Origin: Octopus vulgaris
Lineage: Eukaryota
Direction: 5' to 3'
Length of the DNA: 64,000 nt
Assembly: GCA_951406725.2 (NCBI GenBank)
Contig: OX597815.1
Span: 45,818,001-45,882,000, forward strand
The position numbers and the translations under genes are program-made. Shown piece after piece: positions 13,881 to 29,070 of the stretch (the first letter of the stretch is position 1; every line of letters begins with the position of its first letter). The notes below the pieces were generated by a model. It did no database searches. It saw only the letters and a list, made by a program, of their open reading frames with translations, and had not been told where the DNA came from.

Positions 13881-14957
13881 GTAAGTAATTACAAATTTTA
13901 TTGAGTTATGTTTTTTTTTCCCCAGGTGCTTAAACATTTTTTTATATTGTGTATTTGTAGACAATAGTATCATTGGTTATAGGTTTCCAAGGGGCCAGTA
14001 GCTACCTCACTGCATTTTTGATGGTGAAAGTCACATGAGAGCGTCTTTACTCTGATTTATCAACATTTTCTCACCGATGTCTATATTTTTTGTTGATGGA
14101 ACACACCCATGATGGGTTTTCACATAGATGCTATCTACCAAATTTCACTTATAAGGCATAAATGAACTCAAGGTTATGATAAAAAGACACTTGCTGAAAG
14201 TGTCTGTTTTACATGTGTTTTTCTGGATGGCTTTTGAAATATTGTACTATTTCAATCTGGGCTTTCTAAATGCTAAACATTCAATCATTTCATGATTGTA
14301 TTTCAGCTCGGTTGACTAGAGTCAAGAAATTAATGTGTACAACACATGGTAAAAAATCCATGGCTGGTTGTTCAGAATTTGAATTGCAGAGACTCTCTGT
14401 TTATAGCACACCCTGCTATTTTATTTAGCATGATGTACTATTTCATTTTTGTTCATTTCACTATAAAGCACATCATCAGCTATCTGTTTTCCATGCTGGC
14501 ATGGGTTGGACACTTTGATTGGAGGCAGCAAGTCAGAAGGCTGTGCCAACTTCTGTCTGCTTTGGCATGGTTTGGATGCCCTTCCAAATGCCAAAGATAT
14601 AATAATGCAATAAGGGTGATGGAGGTGTTACAATAAATTCTACAAGACAATAATCAATAGAAGTCAGTATGTGGTACATGTATTGATAAATTGTGGTTAA
14701 TTGAAAAGTCACCTGTAACAACTAGGATATAACCAGTAGATATAACCATGAGCATTTACTATTCCTAAATATTATGGCATAACAAATAAGAAAATATATG
14801 TATGCTGTCATTTTAAAAGAATATGTCCATCATAATGAACTTTAATATGCAATTGTGTGTGCAGGCTTAGCTGTGTAATTACTTCGTTTAAACTGAATAT
14901 TACTGCTAGACTCTTCCTAATCTTGAAACCACTGGTGCCATCCCATACACACCAAGT

Positions 14958-15300
14958 GAAGGCACATGGCTCAGTGGTTAGAGCATTGGGCTCACAACAA
15001 CAAAGTAGTGAGTTTGATTCCTGGACTGGGCTGTGTGTTGTGTTCTTGAGCAAGACACTTTATTTTACGTTGCTCCAGTTCACTCAGCTGCAGAAATGAT
15101 TTGCGACGTCATTGGTGCCAAGCTGTATCATCCTTTGCTTTTCCTTTGGATAACATTGGTGGCATAGAGAGAGAAGGCTGGTATGTATGGGCAACTGTTG
15201 GTCTTCTATAAACAACCTTTCCCAGGCTTGTGCCTCTGAGGGTAACTTTGTAGGTGCAATCCCATGGTCATTTATGACTGAAGAGGGTTTTTACCCTGTT
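14958..15300 (+). mobile_element. tRNA-derived SINE with CORE-like central domain
   Basis: A-box tggctcagtggttag, B-box gtttgattcc, then cttgagcaagacactttatttt. Related copies at about 27797-28165 (+) and 35580-35865 (-). Confidence 0.8.
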
Positions 15301-16020
15301 ACCCTTTATGCAGTTGTAGATTTTATAAGACCATATTTACTCATTTTGGAGGTGTACTTGTTAGGCATGTGATTTGATCTGAGATCATGTGTTGAAACTA
15401 AAATGATTGTAACAGGGAAAACACATATTAGCTATCAAAAAAACATGCAAAGGCTATTAACTTCACTTAAATATTTGTTATCTGGTATCAAAATTTCTGT
15501 TGCATCAACTGCAACCTTTTTTAATATTGAACTTTTTAAAAAACTTTTATAACATACTTTCATAAATAATTGCAGTGATGCAGTGGAATAATGTCAGTGA
15601 CAAGGGTGTATATTCCTGGTGTTCTATGTGTGCACTGCACACCCATTGAAAATAGCAAATTAATCATAAATATAAACCTTACTCATTAATTTAATCACAA
15701 ATCTTAATGGAAAACTTTTGTTATACCCCTGCTTGAAATTTGGTGGCATTGGGTGTGGCAGTACACTCAATACAACAACCATCATATGCCACTGGTCAGT
15801 GATCTGGTTGCAGTTGGTGTGATGAAATTTTGATGTCAAATAATATACGTTTAAGCAAAGTCAACAGTTTTTGTGTGTTTTTGAATGGCTGATATGCATC
15901 TTCCACCCTGCAGTTATCTTATCTATTCTCATAAATATATATATCTACATCACACTTAAGACAGAGGTAATTCAGACATGAAAAACATATGCTTCAGCTC
16001 CGGAGACACTGACCAATAAA

Positions 16021-16155
16021 TATTAGGTTGTCCCAAAAGTTCGTAAACACTTGCGAAAATTGACTATAACAATATAAACCCAAACAAACAATTAAAAATT
16101 GCATAAAAATTCAAATTTTCGCAAAGTTTTTACAAACTTTTGGGACAACCTTATA
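16021..16155. mobile_element. Short mariner-type MITE
   Basis: TIRs aggttgtcccaaaagttcgtaaacacttgcgaaaatt / aattttcgcaaagtttttacaaacttttgggacaacct, flanked by TA. Confidence 0.8.
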
Positions 16156-16317
16156 GTTGAAATTGATAAGGACTATTACTGTGTAATTAAAATTAAATCT
16201 AATTATTGAACAAAATGTTTTTGAATATAGTTGCTATGAAAAATATTTAATATTTCATAGAATACATGTTCACCACAAATGAATTTAAGGTGGCAAGTGT
16301 CTTAGGCTGTAACCCCA

Positions 16318-16385
16318 GCCTGACCAAAGCCTTGTGAATGGATTTGGTAAATAGAAACTGAAAGAAATCCTTGCGTGCATGTGCA

Positions 16386-16423
<38 letters not shown>

Positions 16424-16655
16424 TTTTTCTGTCTCCTTGCCTTGATATCACATGAGAGTTGTCAATGAATGTCACTGTCATGAAAGATTGTTTCCAATCT
16501 TCTATGCAAACATATCTGGTTATGTGGAAATATCTTATTTGGAAACCGGTTAGGGTTAGTTACAGGGAGGGCATCTAGCTGCAGAAAATTTGCCTCAACA
16601 AAATTCCATCTGACCTATGCAAGCGTGGAAAAGAGGACGTTAAATCAATGATGAT
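16318..16655 (+). mobile_element. SINE family with internal (TG)n
   Basis: Contains gaccaaagccttgtgaatggatttggta..gaaactgaaagaa. Related copies at about 8248-8312, 26640-27030, 32100-32205 (-), 32535-32660 and 59650-59805 (-). Confidence 0.75.
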
Positions 16656-16850
16656 GAAGCCCTGCAAATTTTCGAAGATTTTGATGAAAATTATTGTGAG
16701 CTGCAATCAGCTTTATATTACCAGTTTTACTGTAATATAAAGATAAGAGCAAATTGTTGAAAACAGATATTTTACTTTTCTAAAACAGATGTTATTACAT
16801 TTAATTAAACTATTGTTTATTGGAAGAATTTATTTTTCTTTCTTTTACAG

Positions 16851-16972
16851 TGGGTTTCGTTGTTCTTTATCCTGGGTTACGCCGTCACCAGATTCTTGAG
16901 AAGTACATCCAAGGAATTGTGGTTGTCTTGAAGAGGATGTTTTTTGGAAAACCTAAAGCAAAGAAGTCTTAG
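16851..16972 (+). CDS. ARL6IP1: ARL6IP1 last coding exon (VGFVVLYPGLRRHQILEKYIQGIVVVLKRMFFGKPKAKKS*)
   Basis: ttttacag| acceptor, phase-1 join, TAG at 16970-16972. Matches human VTSLLLLPGLNQHGIILKYI... and has a C-terminal dilysine KxKxx. Confidence 0.93.
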
Positions 16973-17974
16973 GGTTTATTATGAAGAAACTGGTGCTTAG
17001 TGTTGAAGTTTGGCAATTGTACAGCCATCCAGTTACTGCATATTTCTGATGGTTTTTCAGTCTGTTGTGGTTTTATTTTTGTATTTGATCAATACAAATG
17101 CCTAACCTTTCTAATGCCCTACATTATTGTCCTTTAATTTTCATCTCACCCCAAACCCCCTTTGTCTGTCTATTTTTGGGCTTTTCTAACACCTTTTTCA
17201 ACACCAATTCGTCCAATGGTTAACTGTGCTCTGCTAATGGTGTTATTTTGGCTTTTGATCTCTTCTAGTTTTAATGCTTTTAACAAAAGAGAAACACTTG
17301 AAACAGTATATTTTTTATTGTTTATGAATCTAATAAGATAAACACATATGAACGGTCATGTGTGCAAACACAATCACAGACTCTCATATATACACAGTGT
17401 ATTCATTTTATACATTGGTACCTGCTATATATATGTATATATCCATGAGTTATTTGCATTTTAACTTACACTATTGCTCTTGATTCATATTCTTGGTATT
17501 AGATAATAGTTGCTTAGAATATCATTAAAGAATGTTGTAGAAAGATTTTTGTTTTTAGTTTTAAGTACAACTTGCTGTTCAGATTTAATATGCTTTTGGA
17601 AGTTGTTAAATGATATGTTTCTTTTCATGTTTCAATTACCAAACTAGCCTCACTCTTAAATTCTTATTACACTTGAGGGTTTCTTAGATAATGTAGATGT
17701 GGTTAAACAGGGTTGCATCTCCATGATATTCCTCCTGATTGTAAAGGAAAATTAATCATTAACAGTATATTGTTATTATGTAATCTTGTCGAACTAAAAT
17801 ATGTGTAAGGGATATAATTTAGGGATAAACTTCCTTATAACAGTAAAATTGGGTCGCTCATATATTGTGTATGTTTGTATCTGTATATATCGTGTATATT
17901 TGTATCTGCATATGCACTCATACATTTTATATGTGTGTGTGTATATACAAATATACATGCATGTATGCATGTGC

Positions 17975-18719
17975 ATGTGGTGGTATCAGAAAGTTTCCAG
18001 ACCAGGCCTAAATGAAAGTACATCATTAAAAAAAATGTAGTTCACAAATTATTTGTATTTGGGTATCATCCTCAGAATAGTCCCCTAGTCTCCTTGGGAA
18101 CATACTCAGTGATCCCAGTTTGTCTTCCACATTTCAAAAAGCACCACAAAGTCCTCTTCTTGAAGGCCGTCCAGTACCACATGCGATTCCATTTAAGTAT
18201 CATCTTCTGTCTTGAAGCTGTGCCCTTTCAGCTTCAACTTAATTTTGGTGAAAAGCAGCAAAATTACAAGGGTATAAGTGAGGCAAGTGTGGGGGGAAAA
18301 ACTTCACAGCAACCCAATGGGAAATGGATTGTTTGGTGACAGCCCTCATGGATAAATTACCCAATTTATTCCATGTTTTCAGGAGTACTGCTTATGATTG
18401 GCTGCCTTTACTATCCAATACTTCATTGGCCTTGAAATGCATGTGCCACTCCAAAACCTAGATTTGCCAAAAGCCCTATAAAGCATTTCGAGGGTGGCAG
18501 ATTTACTGAGCTTCATGTAAAATCTGATGCTGGTAAATGGCTCAAATTTGTTGGGCATTGTAAAAATTGCTGAACATTACAAAACCTTATTGGACATAAT
18601 TAAACAGCATGAAGTCTCACTGCGTGCTGGTTATCAGTGACCATCAGCTGGTCATCCATTTTCGTTAAACAGTACAATCTTGGCACATGCAGTCAGGAAA
18701 CGTTCTGATAACACCTCAT
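17975..18719 (-). mobile_element. Internally deleted mariner-like DNA transposon
   Basis: Inverted ends gtggtatcagaaagtttccagac / gtcaggaaacgttctgataacac. The interior resembles degraded mariner transposase sequence on the minus strand. Confidence 0.6.
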
Positions 18720-18752
18720 GTGGGAAATATATATGTTATATAGTGTTTTATC

Positions 18753-18792
<40 letters not shown>

Positions 18793-18821
18793 TATATGTA
18801 TATATATATATATATATATAT

Positions 18822-18862
<41 letters not shown>

Positions 18863-18897
18863 ATTTATAAATATATGTGTATGTGTATATATGTATG

Positions 18898-18942
<45 letters not shown>

Positions 18943-20874
18943 TATATGTATGTATATGATATATGTATATACACATTAAAAAGGGATATATATAGGGCAC
19001 ACGTACATATTTATATTACATATGTATATTAGTATGTGTGTTATATTTTGTGTACATTTGTTTGTCTGTGCATTTGTGTACGTGTGACTGTCTGTGTGTG
19101 CATGTTTTTGTGTATTACATTTGAGTAGCAGCCACAAGGAAGACCTCAAGTAATTAATGACTTTTCTTTGTCTTGCTTTAGTAGAAGTACATTGAGATAA
19201 TAATTTTAGATGTTGTCCTTTACTTATTTAATGTTCATTGCTTCTGCTGTATGATTGTTTTTATTTTCATGTATCTTTACTGGAGAGGTATTATAGATAT
19301 ATCAATGCAGATATTAAACAGAGATCAGAATGTGTACTTCTGGTTTGTTTTACTTTTCTTTAAGTTCATTCATCACCTTTCAGTATTTTTTATTCACAAG
19401 AAGGATGCACAAATTCAACAGATATTGGTGTTTATCCATTCCAATTTCATTTACGTATAGAAATACAAATTGTTTTTCATTGCTCTCTTACCTTTCTATA
19501 ATAGGAACATATTTGTCTCCCTTGCATGAGAAAGCAAGTAGCAGAGCAAGAAATTCTAATAAACTGCAACAAGGTAAACCTCAATTTCATACACTCTCAT
19601 GGAGTGGTAAATTAGTTTATGAAAACTAAAAATAAAAACATTATTCAAATATATTCACTGACAAAGGATCTGATTAAAATTTAAAAATATATTTTGCAAA
19701 TTTCGTAGTAAATTTGTTTTGAAAATCATTGAGACATTCATATTTTCTATACCTTCTTAATCTAATTTCCCTTGTTGTTATAGCTTCATTATAAACTAGG
19801 CTTATAAGATGGGTAAAGCATCGTTACAAATTTTGTTTTGCTTTTAGATCTGAAGTAATTGCATCTATCAAAATGTTTGCTGTTCACCTTTTATAAAATT
19901 TTCTTTTAAATAGTATTTACTATTCTCTCACTCGTATATTCAGTTGGTGTTTCTGACTCTTAAGATGGCCCTCCATTTACTCTGCCTGGTAAAATAAGGC
20001 AAATAATGCTTGCATCTTTGAAGGAGTAAAAGTCCTATTGCAATATATATTAGCACTAAGATAAAGAAAAACCTGCCAACATTAGTGAAAACATCATTGA
20101 CTATTAGGCTTTCTTCACATGTAATGTGATGTTGGTTTTTAATTTTATTGTGATATTTTCCAGAAATAATTGTCAATTCTGTTGTCTATTTCTGTGTTGA
20201 ATTATTCTCACCACCATAGACATTTCGTTTGTTATAATTTATGGAATATAATAGCTGTTGACTATTTAGGAATAACTGAGCAATTAGTAGCTAAGTAAAC
20301 AAATTTATTAGTCAGGTAGCATAGTTAACTGAAAACCAAAACAACAGTAATTGGCCTAATGTTGTATTTAACATTTATTAAAGTTGTTCAACATTATTAT
20401 GTTTATGCTATTGAGAATAAAGTTTTTGACATCGTAGAGCAGACATAATTCTGATAAAATATTTCTTGTGGAATCATTGAAATTTTCTTCCTAAAAATTT
20501 TCCAAAGCTAGATGGCCAATCTCTACAGAATTAGAAAAATATAGAAAAATTGTAAAATCATCAATTCCACATATATATATATATATATATATATGGTAAC
20601 ACAATAACGTAATATACATTATAAAGTATGCAATGCATACCATAACTGAATGCATGTTAATGTATAACATACATGCACTACACAGAGAAACAAACAAATC
20701 TTATTTGAAATAGATTAACATCGACCAATAGGCAGGCTTGTTTTTAAAAATGATGTGGAGAAAATTATCATTATTACTTTTGATGAATGTTTACTGTACA
20801 GTTTTGTTAAATTTCATTTGAAATGTGTTTTCTCATTACATTTGATTGTTACGGTTTTGGAAAGTAATTTGAGT

Positions 20875-21100
20875 TTAACCTTTAGCATTTCAGATTACTC
20901 TGTTAAATGTAATGCATATTTATTCAGATTGTTTTGAATTAATTATGCATTATCTCGTAACTTTGACATTTTGGCGATGTGATTGTTTATTTTTAGAATG
21001 TCATTGTAAGGTAGGTGTGAGAGGCTGGATCTGAGCAGTTTGAACAAAGCAGGTAGAATATTTGGGTTGGATATGGCCAGTTTTAATACTAAAGGGTTGA
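20875..21100. mobile_element. piggyBac-type MITE
   Basis: ttaa|cctttagcatt ... aatactaaaggg|ttga: TTAA-type target site and CCCTTT/AAAGGG ends. Confidence 0.65.
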
Positions 21101-24100
21101 AAACACTAAAGAAAAGCTGTTTTAGTGGATACTATTACATGATTTTAGAAGAAATAATTTGCTCAACATAGCTATGTATAAAAAGGTCAAAATTTCCCTG
21201 TGTCCATCAACAGTTCAGTATTAGGTTTGTTTTATGCAAATCTCCAAAGAATTAACATTTTTTTTAATTTATAAGAATTTAATGTATATGAATGTGTGTG
21301 TAGATTCTTTTTATATTTATTAATTATTTAAACATATATTATCAGATGTTTATCTATTCATTTATTGAACACTTTATGGTTATTTGTGCCAAAGAAGATC
21401 AATTATATTTAATTAATATTTTTTTTTACTTATTTTCTACAAATGGAAATTGTGTTATATGTTGTCTAAATTTTTGAAATGTTGTTGGTGATAAGTCTTG
21501 TGTTCTTGGTCTTAATTTTTTTGTCCTCAGTTGATATTTATCTTCTATTTTCTATCTTAATATATTTAATTATCACTTCTAACTACCTCATTAATTCTTT
21601 GTTTTCAAATCATTTTTGCAAAATTCACACTCTTCCAGTAGAGAGATTGCTAGATTGTATTACAACTTTAAATTTATGGTAGTAGATTGGTATGTGTGTG
21701 TGTACACATGTTCAGTTCTGTTGTCGATACTTTATAATCATGAATATGAATAAAATTTAGTGCTCTCTCCTCTTTGTGGTTTCTTCCAATCAAGTTATGA
21801 TTTGTGACATCGTTTCTGCTCTACCTGTTGTAATGAGTTATCATATATATATATCTAACCTTGCATTTTCTACATTTACCTATTTAATTTTCTATCTCTA
21901 TATTTAATTTATTCATTCATATTATCTATATTTCTTGGTTTATAATTGATTTTATTAGTTAATTAAGATGAAAATGAAAATAAAAACCTTATAAAAAAAT
22001 TGCAAATAAAGTCTCCCTCCTTACAAAAAATGCAACTTACTCATGCACAAAAATAACAAAACAATTTGAAAAAAAGAAAAAAAAGAAAAAAGAAACGCAG
22101 CAATGTTATAAAAATTGATTATTTTAGGTTTAACTAATTGAACCTATTTAATACTCTGGTTAGATTATTTGTAATAGAAAGCTTGAGTGATCATGCTATT
22201 CTTAATTTTCTTTGCTTATCTATTTTAACTTATTTGTGCAAAGAAAACCCTTCTAATACTCCTGTGATTTTGTTAAAAGTTAAGTATGGTGTTAGTTAAA
22301 AGTAACAAGAATAACTTTATCTGTGACTGACCTAACCATTTTTCTTGCCAGTTCTTGGCTAGATTTACTGATAAAGTATTGACCAACCAACACAAGAATC
22401 ATCAGTTTTCATATTTGCTACAGGTTTTATGTTGTGTTTCTAAGTGAAACATTTTATTCATCTAGCAGTGTGGAATTGGTTGCAAGATTTTCTATGAAAG
22501 CTACATTGTCTACTGTATAGGAATTCGTCTCAGCATTGTATGCCACAATAACTGAAGTTGAATGCTGATTTTAATAATCATAATTATTGAAAGAATTACC
22601 TTTGATTTGCTTTAGTAACTCATAGCACTTTTATGAATGAAAAGAAAACAATTGAATTACTTTTGTTGTCAAAGAAGAAAATTTAAAATAAAGAATTACA
22701 GCTTTCTATGAGTTATATTTCCTTGTCTCCATTTTCAATGCATGGATTTTTGAATCTCACAGAATTCAAATTCAAACGAGCATTTATAATTGCTATTTTT
22801 GGCAAATTTTATCTGACATGAAAAACAAGGGGTATTAAAGTATAAGGAATTTTCACATGTTTTACATTATATATAATTTTTGCTGTAATTAGGTGTCATC
22901 AAGCATTGGTTTTTTAACCTTGTTGGTTTACAAAAGGGCTTTGTAGTGAAGGTAGCAGCAAACTTACATTCATATGAATGTATATTGACTTTGGATAGCT
23001 AAGTTGAAAAATATATTTTTTTAAGGAATGAAGGAAAAAAAAAATCATGTTTATTTATTACAGAAAATATAGGTGAAAAATCCAATATATTTTTGAATTG
23101 TATTTAAAATGATTTCTATAAAATGACTATAATGGAAGCTCAGATAGTGTATGAAAACTTCCATAATACTGAAGTTTGAACTTCAAAAATCCTACTTCTT
23201 TGTTCTTTAAATAGCCACAGTTTTCAATTGCATATGCTGCTATATGATTTATGAGGCTTTGAAATATAATTAACCATGCAGAGAAGCTGTGATGATGGTC
23301 ATATCATTGCTCATTGTTGGTCTTTATATTTTTATCATTAGCATTCACTGTGGTAGTTTTTATCGTTTTGGTTTGTGAAAATTATGTTTCTATTTCAATA
23401 AAGATGGATTCATTTATATCAGGGAAATAATGGCTTTAGCTATTGAAACCTTGAACCTTCGAAAATGAGTGAATCTTAATTTTAAAATGCTTCTTTTAAC
23501 ATAGTTGTTGAGTTAAGAAGTAGATAAATACTAGAATTTCTAGCTATCTATTAGAGAAATAATGATGCAGTAGAAGTTTTTTTAACAGCTTACATCTGTA
23601 ATAAAAGCAAAATTAACCACAAGTTTTATCTATGCAAAAGAGAGAAAAAGAGAGAGAAAAAAGCCAAAGGACAATTAAATAAGAATTTTTCTTATTGCAT
23701 TAAATTAATTTTCTTAGCTAGTTTCATTCAGTATTATTACATTTGAGTACTGAAACTATTAAATTATAAATGGAACTTGAAACTATTTTGAAATAATCCT
23801 GGAAGAGAACAAAAACAGCCTGAAATAAAATAGTCAGAGGATCACATGATCACATACACACTATAATTACTATCATAATTTGTGTTGGTAATTATTGAAC
23901 ATCTGTTATTTCTTCTCTAGAATTTTTCTTTGTTGTAAAAATTTTGCTTCTCCTTCATTTTTTTTTTTGGAAAAATAAAATAAGTTAAACCTTTATAATT
24001 AAATTTTGTTTATTTTTTCTTTGATTTGATTTTTTAAAACTTCAAGTGTACTTGTTATAGACAGCTGAAATCATTCTTCAACTGCTGTTTCTATTTAATA

Positions 24101-25654
24101 TAATATGATATTTTGTCTATCTTTTGAAACAAATTTCCCTCTGTATTCATAGACTGTTTATATGCATATAAGAAAACAGCCTTTTCTACAAAATTTGAGG
24201 TATATTCTGCAATTTGGCTAAGTTGTAAGTTTCAGCAATTATATTTTAAAATTTGTAAAGTATGCCTTTTTAAAAATAATTTTAATAATATCTTTCTGTA
24301 ATTTTCTTCCAAATTTACTTGTATATGTAGTTATTAAAAAAATTCTCAGATAGATAGGAAAAATAAATAAAATGCAACAAAGTCATTTAGCATTCTTTAA
24401 AATTTGTGATGAATTTCTTTATACACAGATACAAAAGTTATTTGCTCTCATTTTTGTTGTAAGCAATTTTATTGTAAACTAGTCAATCATACTATATCTC
24501 TCAAGGGGAGAACACTCATATTTCACTTCCAACAATATTGTAAACTACAGAGGTACGTTATTTGTTGTGAAATGGTATAAACCAGTTTTGTTTCAGTATG
24601 CAGTTACATTCACCACTATGTCACAATATAAACTCAGATTGTTAGAAAATATTTGTAAATATATACAATATTTATAGTTTAAATTACTGCTGATATAAAT
24701 TAGGGCTTAATTTCACTTAGCATATTTCTTTCATTTTATAAAAAAAATGGGCAATTCATGAGCATTATTATTTATTTTATTTTACATTAAATCTGTAGAA
24801 TGTTAAAAAAAGAAAAAAAAAAGGATAATTTAAATTGACCATATTTAAAATCGTATTTCAAAAAAAAAATTGTAAAATGTCTGGAAGATTATTTTAAAAA
24901 TCATAATTACTAAAAGCTGTGATAAGTGATAATTCTTATAGGGCCATTTACTGCTGAACTATTTTGTTATTTAATTATGCTAATAATATCCACCGTGAAG
25001 AATTAAATTGGACTGTTGACTAAACCAAATATTGTTACCTTCTGCATAGTTTGTTCATTGATTTAAATTTGAAATTCAAAAACACAGTTTTGAGTTTACT
25101 CATTACATGTATTTTCCTCACCATATCAATTTTAGTGTATAAATATTCAGTATATTCTACGAGCATAATATTAAGCAGAAGGAACTCTGTAACAATATGG
25201 TGACATTAGAGTGTTTTTCAACAGAACTATCATCTCCATCAAAAATGAAAAAGTAAAAAAAAAAAAACCAAAAAAAAAACCCCCAGAAAAATAATTTTAC
25301 GATATTGATTGAGATATTTACTTAAAGTTAATATTTTAATATTTATCTAAACTTAAAGATAGTAATTTTCTATTTCACATAGAGGATGTAATTTAGAACA
25401 ATAAGCAGTAGTAACTGTGATTTATCTAGTCAAAATTTTCAAATTCTAAATTTTTTCAAAAATTATATGTTGTTACCATAAAGCTTATTGAACTTTTATC
25501 ATTTTGCTGCTCTTTGCACTAAAGTCGGTTCAAATTTTACTCGCCTCAGTGCCACATGACAGTACAATGCATCTATATCTATACTCCTCAGTTCCATGTT
25601 TTGTGTTCTTCAAACCTTTTCCCCAGTGTAAGTATTGCATTTCCAATAATTTAA

Positions 25655-25759
25655 CTATAAATATTATACATATATATATGTATATATATATTATACATAC
25701 ATATATATATTATAAATATATATATATATATATTATACATATATATATATTATACATAC

Positions 25760-25797
<38 letters not shown>

Positions 25798-25953
25798 CAT
25801 ATATATATATATATTATACCTACATATATATATATATATTATACATATATATATATATATTATACATACATATATATATATATATTACACATACATATAT
25901 ATATATATATTATATATATATACATATTATACATACATACATATATATATATT

Positions 25954-25988
<35 letters not shown>

Positions 25989-26141
25989 CATACATACATA
26001 TATATATATATATTATACATACATACATATATATATATATATATTACACATACATTATATATATATTACATATATATATATATTATACATATATATATAT
26101 ACATTATACATATATATATATTATACATGCATACATATGTA

Positions 26142-26182
<41 letters not shown>

Positions 26183-26298
26183 CATACACTTACATATATA
26201 TATATATATATATATTATACATACACTTACATATATATATATATATATATATACATACACTTACATATATATATATATATATATATTATACATACACT

Positions 26299-26385
<87 letters not shown>

Positions 26386-26415
26386 CATACATACACATAC
26401 ATATATATATATATT
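25655..26415. repeat. Long degenerate (TA)n/(TACA) low-complexity array
   Basis: Seen directly; explains the 318-aa spurious ORF. Confidence 0.95.
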
Positions 26416-27046
26416 TTCATATGCTATCTTTCTCTGCACATACACACTGTTGCCTACTGAATTGTTAGCTGAGAAAGTACTCAGTAACAGGCAGCATTTT
26501 AATATTCATTGTCAATTAATGTCATTGAATATCTTGGTTAAATAAAACTTATATAAATCTTTGATGTTGCTTTTGATTATTATTTTCTTTTTAGTTTGAT
26601 TTCCAGTTTATTATAGTAGGGTTTTATAGAGATATAAAATGCACAGGCATTACTGTGTGGTTAAGAAACTTGCTTCCCAACCATGTGGGGTCTGGTTCAG
26701 TCCTACTGTATGATGCCGTGGGCAAGTGTTTTCCACTATAGCCCCTGCTTGACAAAAATCATGTGAGTGGATTTTGTTGAGGGGAAACTAAAAGAAGCTC
26801 ATTGTATATGTGTGTTTGTGTTTATGTGCATCCTTGTTTTGACATTGTGTGATTGTTGTAAAATAAGCATGAGTGTCTTACAAGCAATCTTGTTCAAATT
26901 CAGTCATCTGTGGAAAATATGTCCGGCTATGGGAAAACATGTGAGGGTTGGCAACAAGGACATCCAACAATAGAAAATCTGCCTCATCAAATTTCATCTG
27001 AACCAAGCAAACATGGGAAAGTAGACATCTAATAATAATCCTTTCT

Positions 27047-27503
27047 TATTTCTTTGTTGCCCACAAGGGGCTAATCATAGAGAAGACAAACAAGGACAAA
27101 CGGATCATGTCGATTATATCAATCCCAGTGTGCAACTGGTACTTATTTAATCGACCCCGAAAGGATGAAAGGCAAAGTCGACCTCAGCGGAATTTGAACT
27201 CAGAACATAACGGCAGACGAAATACTGCTAAGCATTTCACCCGCCATACTAACGTTTCTGCCAGCTTGCCATCTTATTTAATAATAATCCTTTCTAATAA
27301 AGGCACAAGGCCTGAAATTTGGGGTGAAGGGATTAGTTGATTACATTCACCTCAGTGTTTCACTGGTACTTAATTTATTGACCCCGAAAGGATGAAAGAC
27401 AAAGTTGACCTCAGTGGAATTTTAATTCAGAATGTGGTGACAGGTGAAATACCGCTAAGCATTTTGCCCAGTGTGCTAATGATTCCACCAGCTTGTTGCC
27501 TTA
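27047..27503 (-). mobile_element. Two adjacent copies of an abundant tRNA-derived SINE (Meta-like central domain)
   Basis: Reverse complement of gagttcaaattccgccgaggtcgactttgcctttcatcctttcggggtcgat. Same family at 31217-31439 (-), 34875-35087 (-) and 40678-41292 (+). Confidence 0.85.
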
Positions 27504-28599
27504 ATGATAACGGTGATGATGATGATGATGATGATGTACATTTGGCATTCATTTAAATTTTATTTAAGGCCTTGGTTGCTTTCCTAACTTTATAACAGTG
27601 GTATATTTTATGTTAGAAAAGCAACTCCAATCAATCATGGCAAGCATTATGAGAAGTTGTTTTCAAAAGGAAGAGAATCAGCTGGGTCTGTGTAATGTTT
27701 GCATGCGATATGGATTCTTGCAATCACTATATTATACCTTTTTTTATATGATGGATGGGTCTCACAATGTTACACGTTTTGTTGTGGTCCTTAGTGTGAA
27801 GGTGTACGGCTTGGTGGTTAGATATTTGGCTCAATTGTAAGGCTGTGAGTTCAGTAACCAGGCTCAATCACAAAGTTGTGAGTTCAATATCATAAGATTG
27901 CAAGTTCAATACTACATTGTGTCTTTGAGCAAGACACTTTATTTGATAGTGCTCCAGTCCACTCAGCTGGCAAAAATGTGTAGTACCTGTATTTCAAAGT
28001 GCCAGCCTTGTCACATCCTGTGTCATGCTGAGTCACTCTGAGAACTACATTAAGGGTATGTGTGTCTGTGGAGTGCTCAGCCACTTGTATGCTAATTTCA
28101 TGAGCAGGCTGTTCCTTTGATCAGAACAACTGGAACCCTTGTTGTTGTAACCAATGGAGTGCCAGGTTTTTTTTTGTCCTTAGTCACTCAGCACACACAA
28201 CAACTAAGGTAACTAGCGACTTTGGTGGTTGTGCTTTTTTGCATAGCATCCCTTCCTTCACCAGATCATGAACTGGGTGCATTTTATGCTACAAGCATTA
28301 GAAACATCAGCAGCAAGATTAAACAGACTCCTGCATGCTGTGTAAGTTTTTGTTTAGAGTTACCATTCTTGTAGATGTGTAACCTATGATACAGGTTGCA
28401 GAGTCCACATTTTCTGAATTTCTTTACCTTTTGACAAGGTTTTTTTTAATTGATGATCAAAGCCCTTCTTATCACCAATCTTCACAGTGTAGTCTGGGTG
28501 TATTTTATTGCACCACTAGCACTAGAGATGTTTTCACATCAGGACTTAAAGATCCTCTCTAACCTGCCTCCATCATCATCATTCTATGTTTGTTTTCCA

Positions 28600-29070
28600 T
28601 GCTGGCACGGGTTTGATGGCTTGACAGGAGCTGGTAAACCAGAGGACTGCAGCAACCTCCACTGTTTTAGCATGGTTTTTCAGTTGAATACCCTTCCTAA
28701 TGCCAACCATTTTACAGAGTAGACTGGATACTTTCCATGTGATGCCAGCACTGGTGAGGTTTGCTTTGATATAGCTTTATACGGTTAGATGCCCTTCTTA
28801 ATGCCAACAATTCTACAGCTTACAGAGTGGACAGGGTGCTTTTCACATGACACCAGCACTGGTGAGGTCTGTTTTGGCATGGCGTTTTTTAGCTGGGTGC
28901 CTGTCTTAATGCTCATCACTTTACAGATTGGGCCAGGTGGTTTTTAGATGGCACCAGAACAAGTGATGTCTGCTTTGGCATGAATTTTTTTTACAGCTGG
29001 ATGTCCTTCCAAACACCAGCCACGTTTGAGTGTTGACTGGATGCTTTTTACATGGCATCAGCATCAACAA
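28600..29070 (+). repeat. Degenerate tandem repeat of about 120 bp (about 3.5 units), probably SINE/RTE-tail derived
   Basis: Recurring gatgcccttc.taatgccaac...tttacagagt...ccagcactggtgaggt. Confidence 0.7.

Noticed and set aside
28600-29070. Regularly spaced repeats resembling a CRISPR array (also 61441-61663)
   Set aside because: Whole units are homologous with no unique spacers, the context is eukaryotic, and there are no cas genes.
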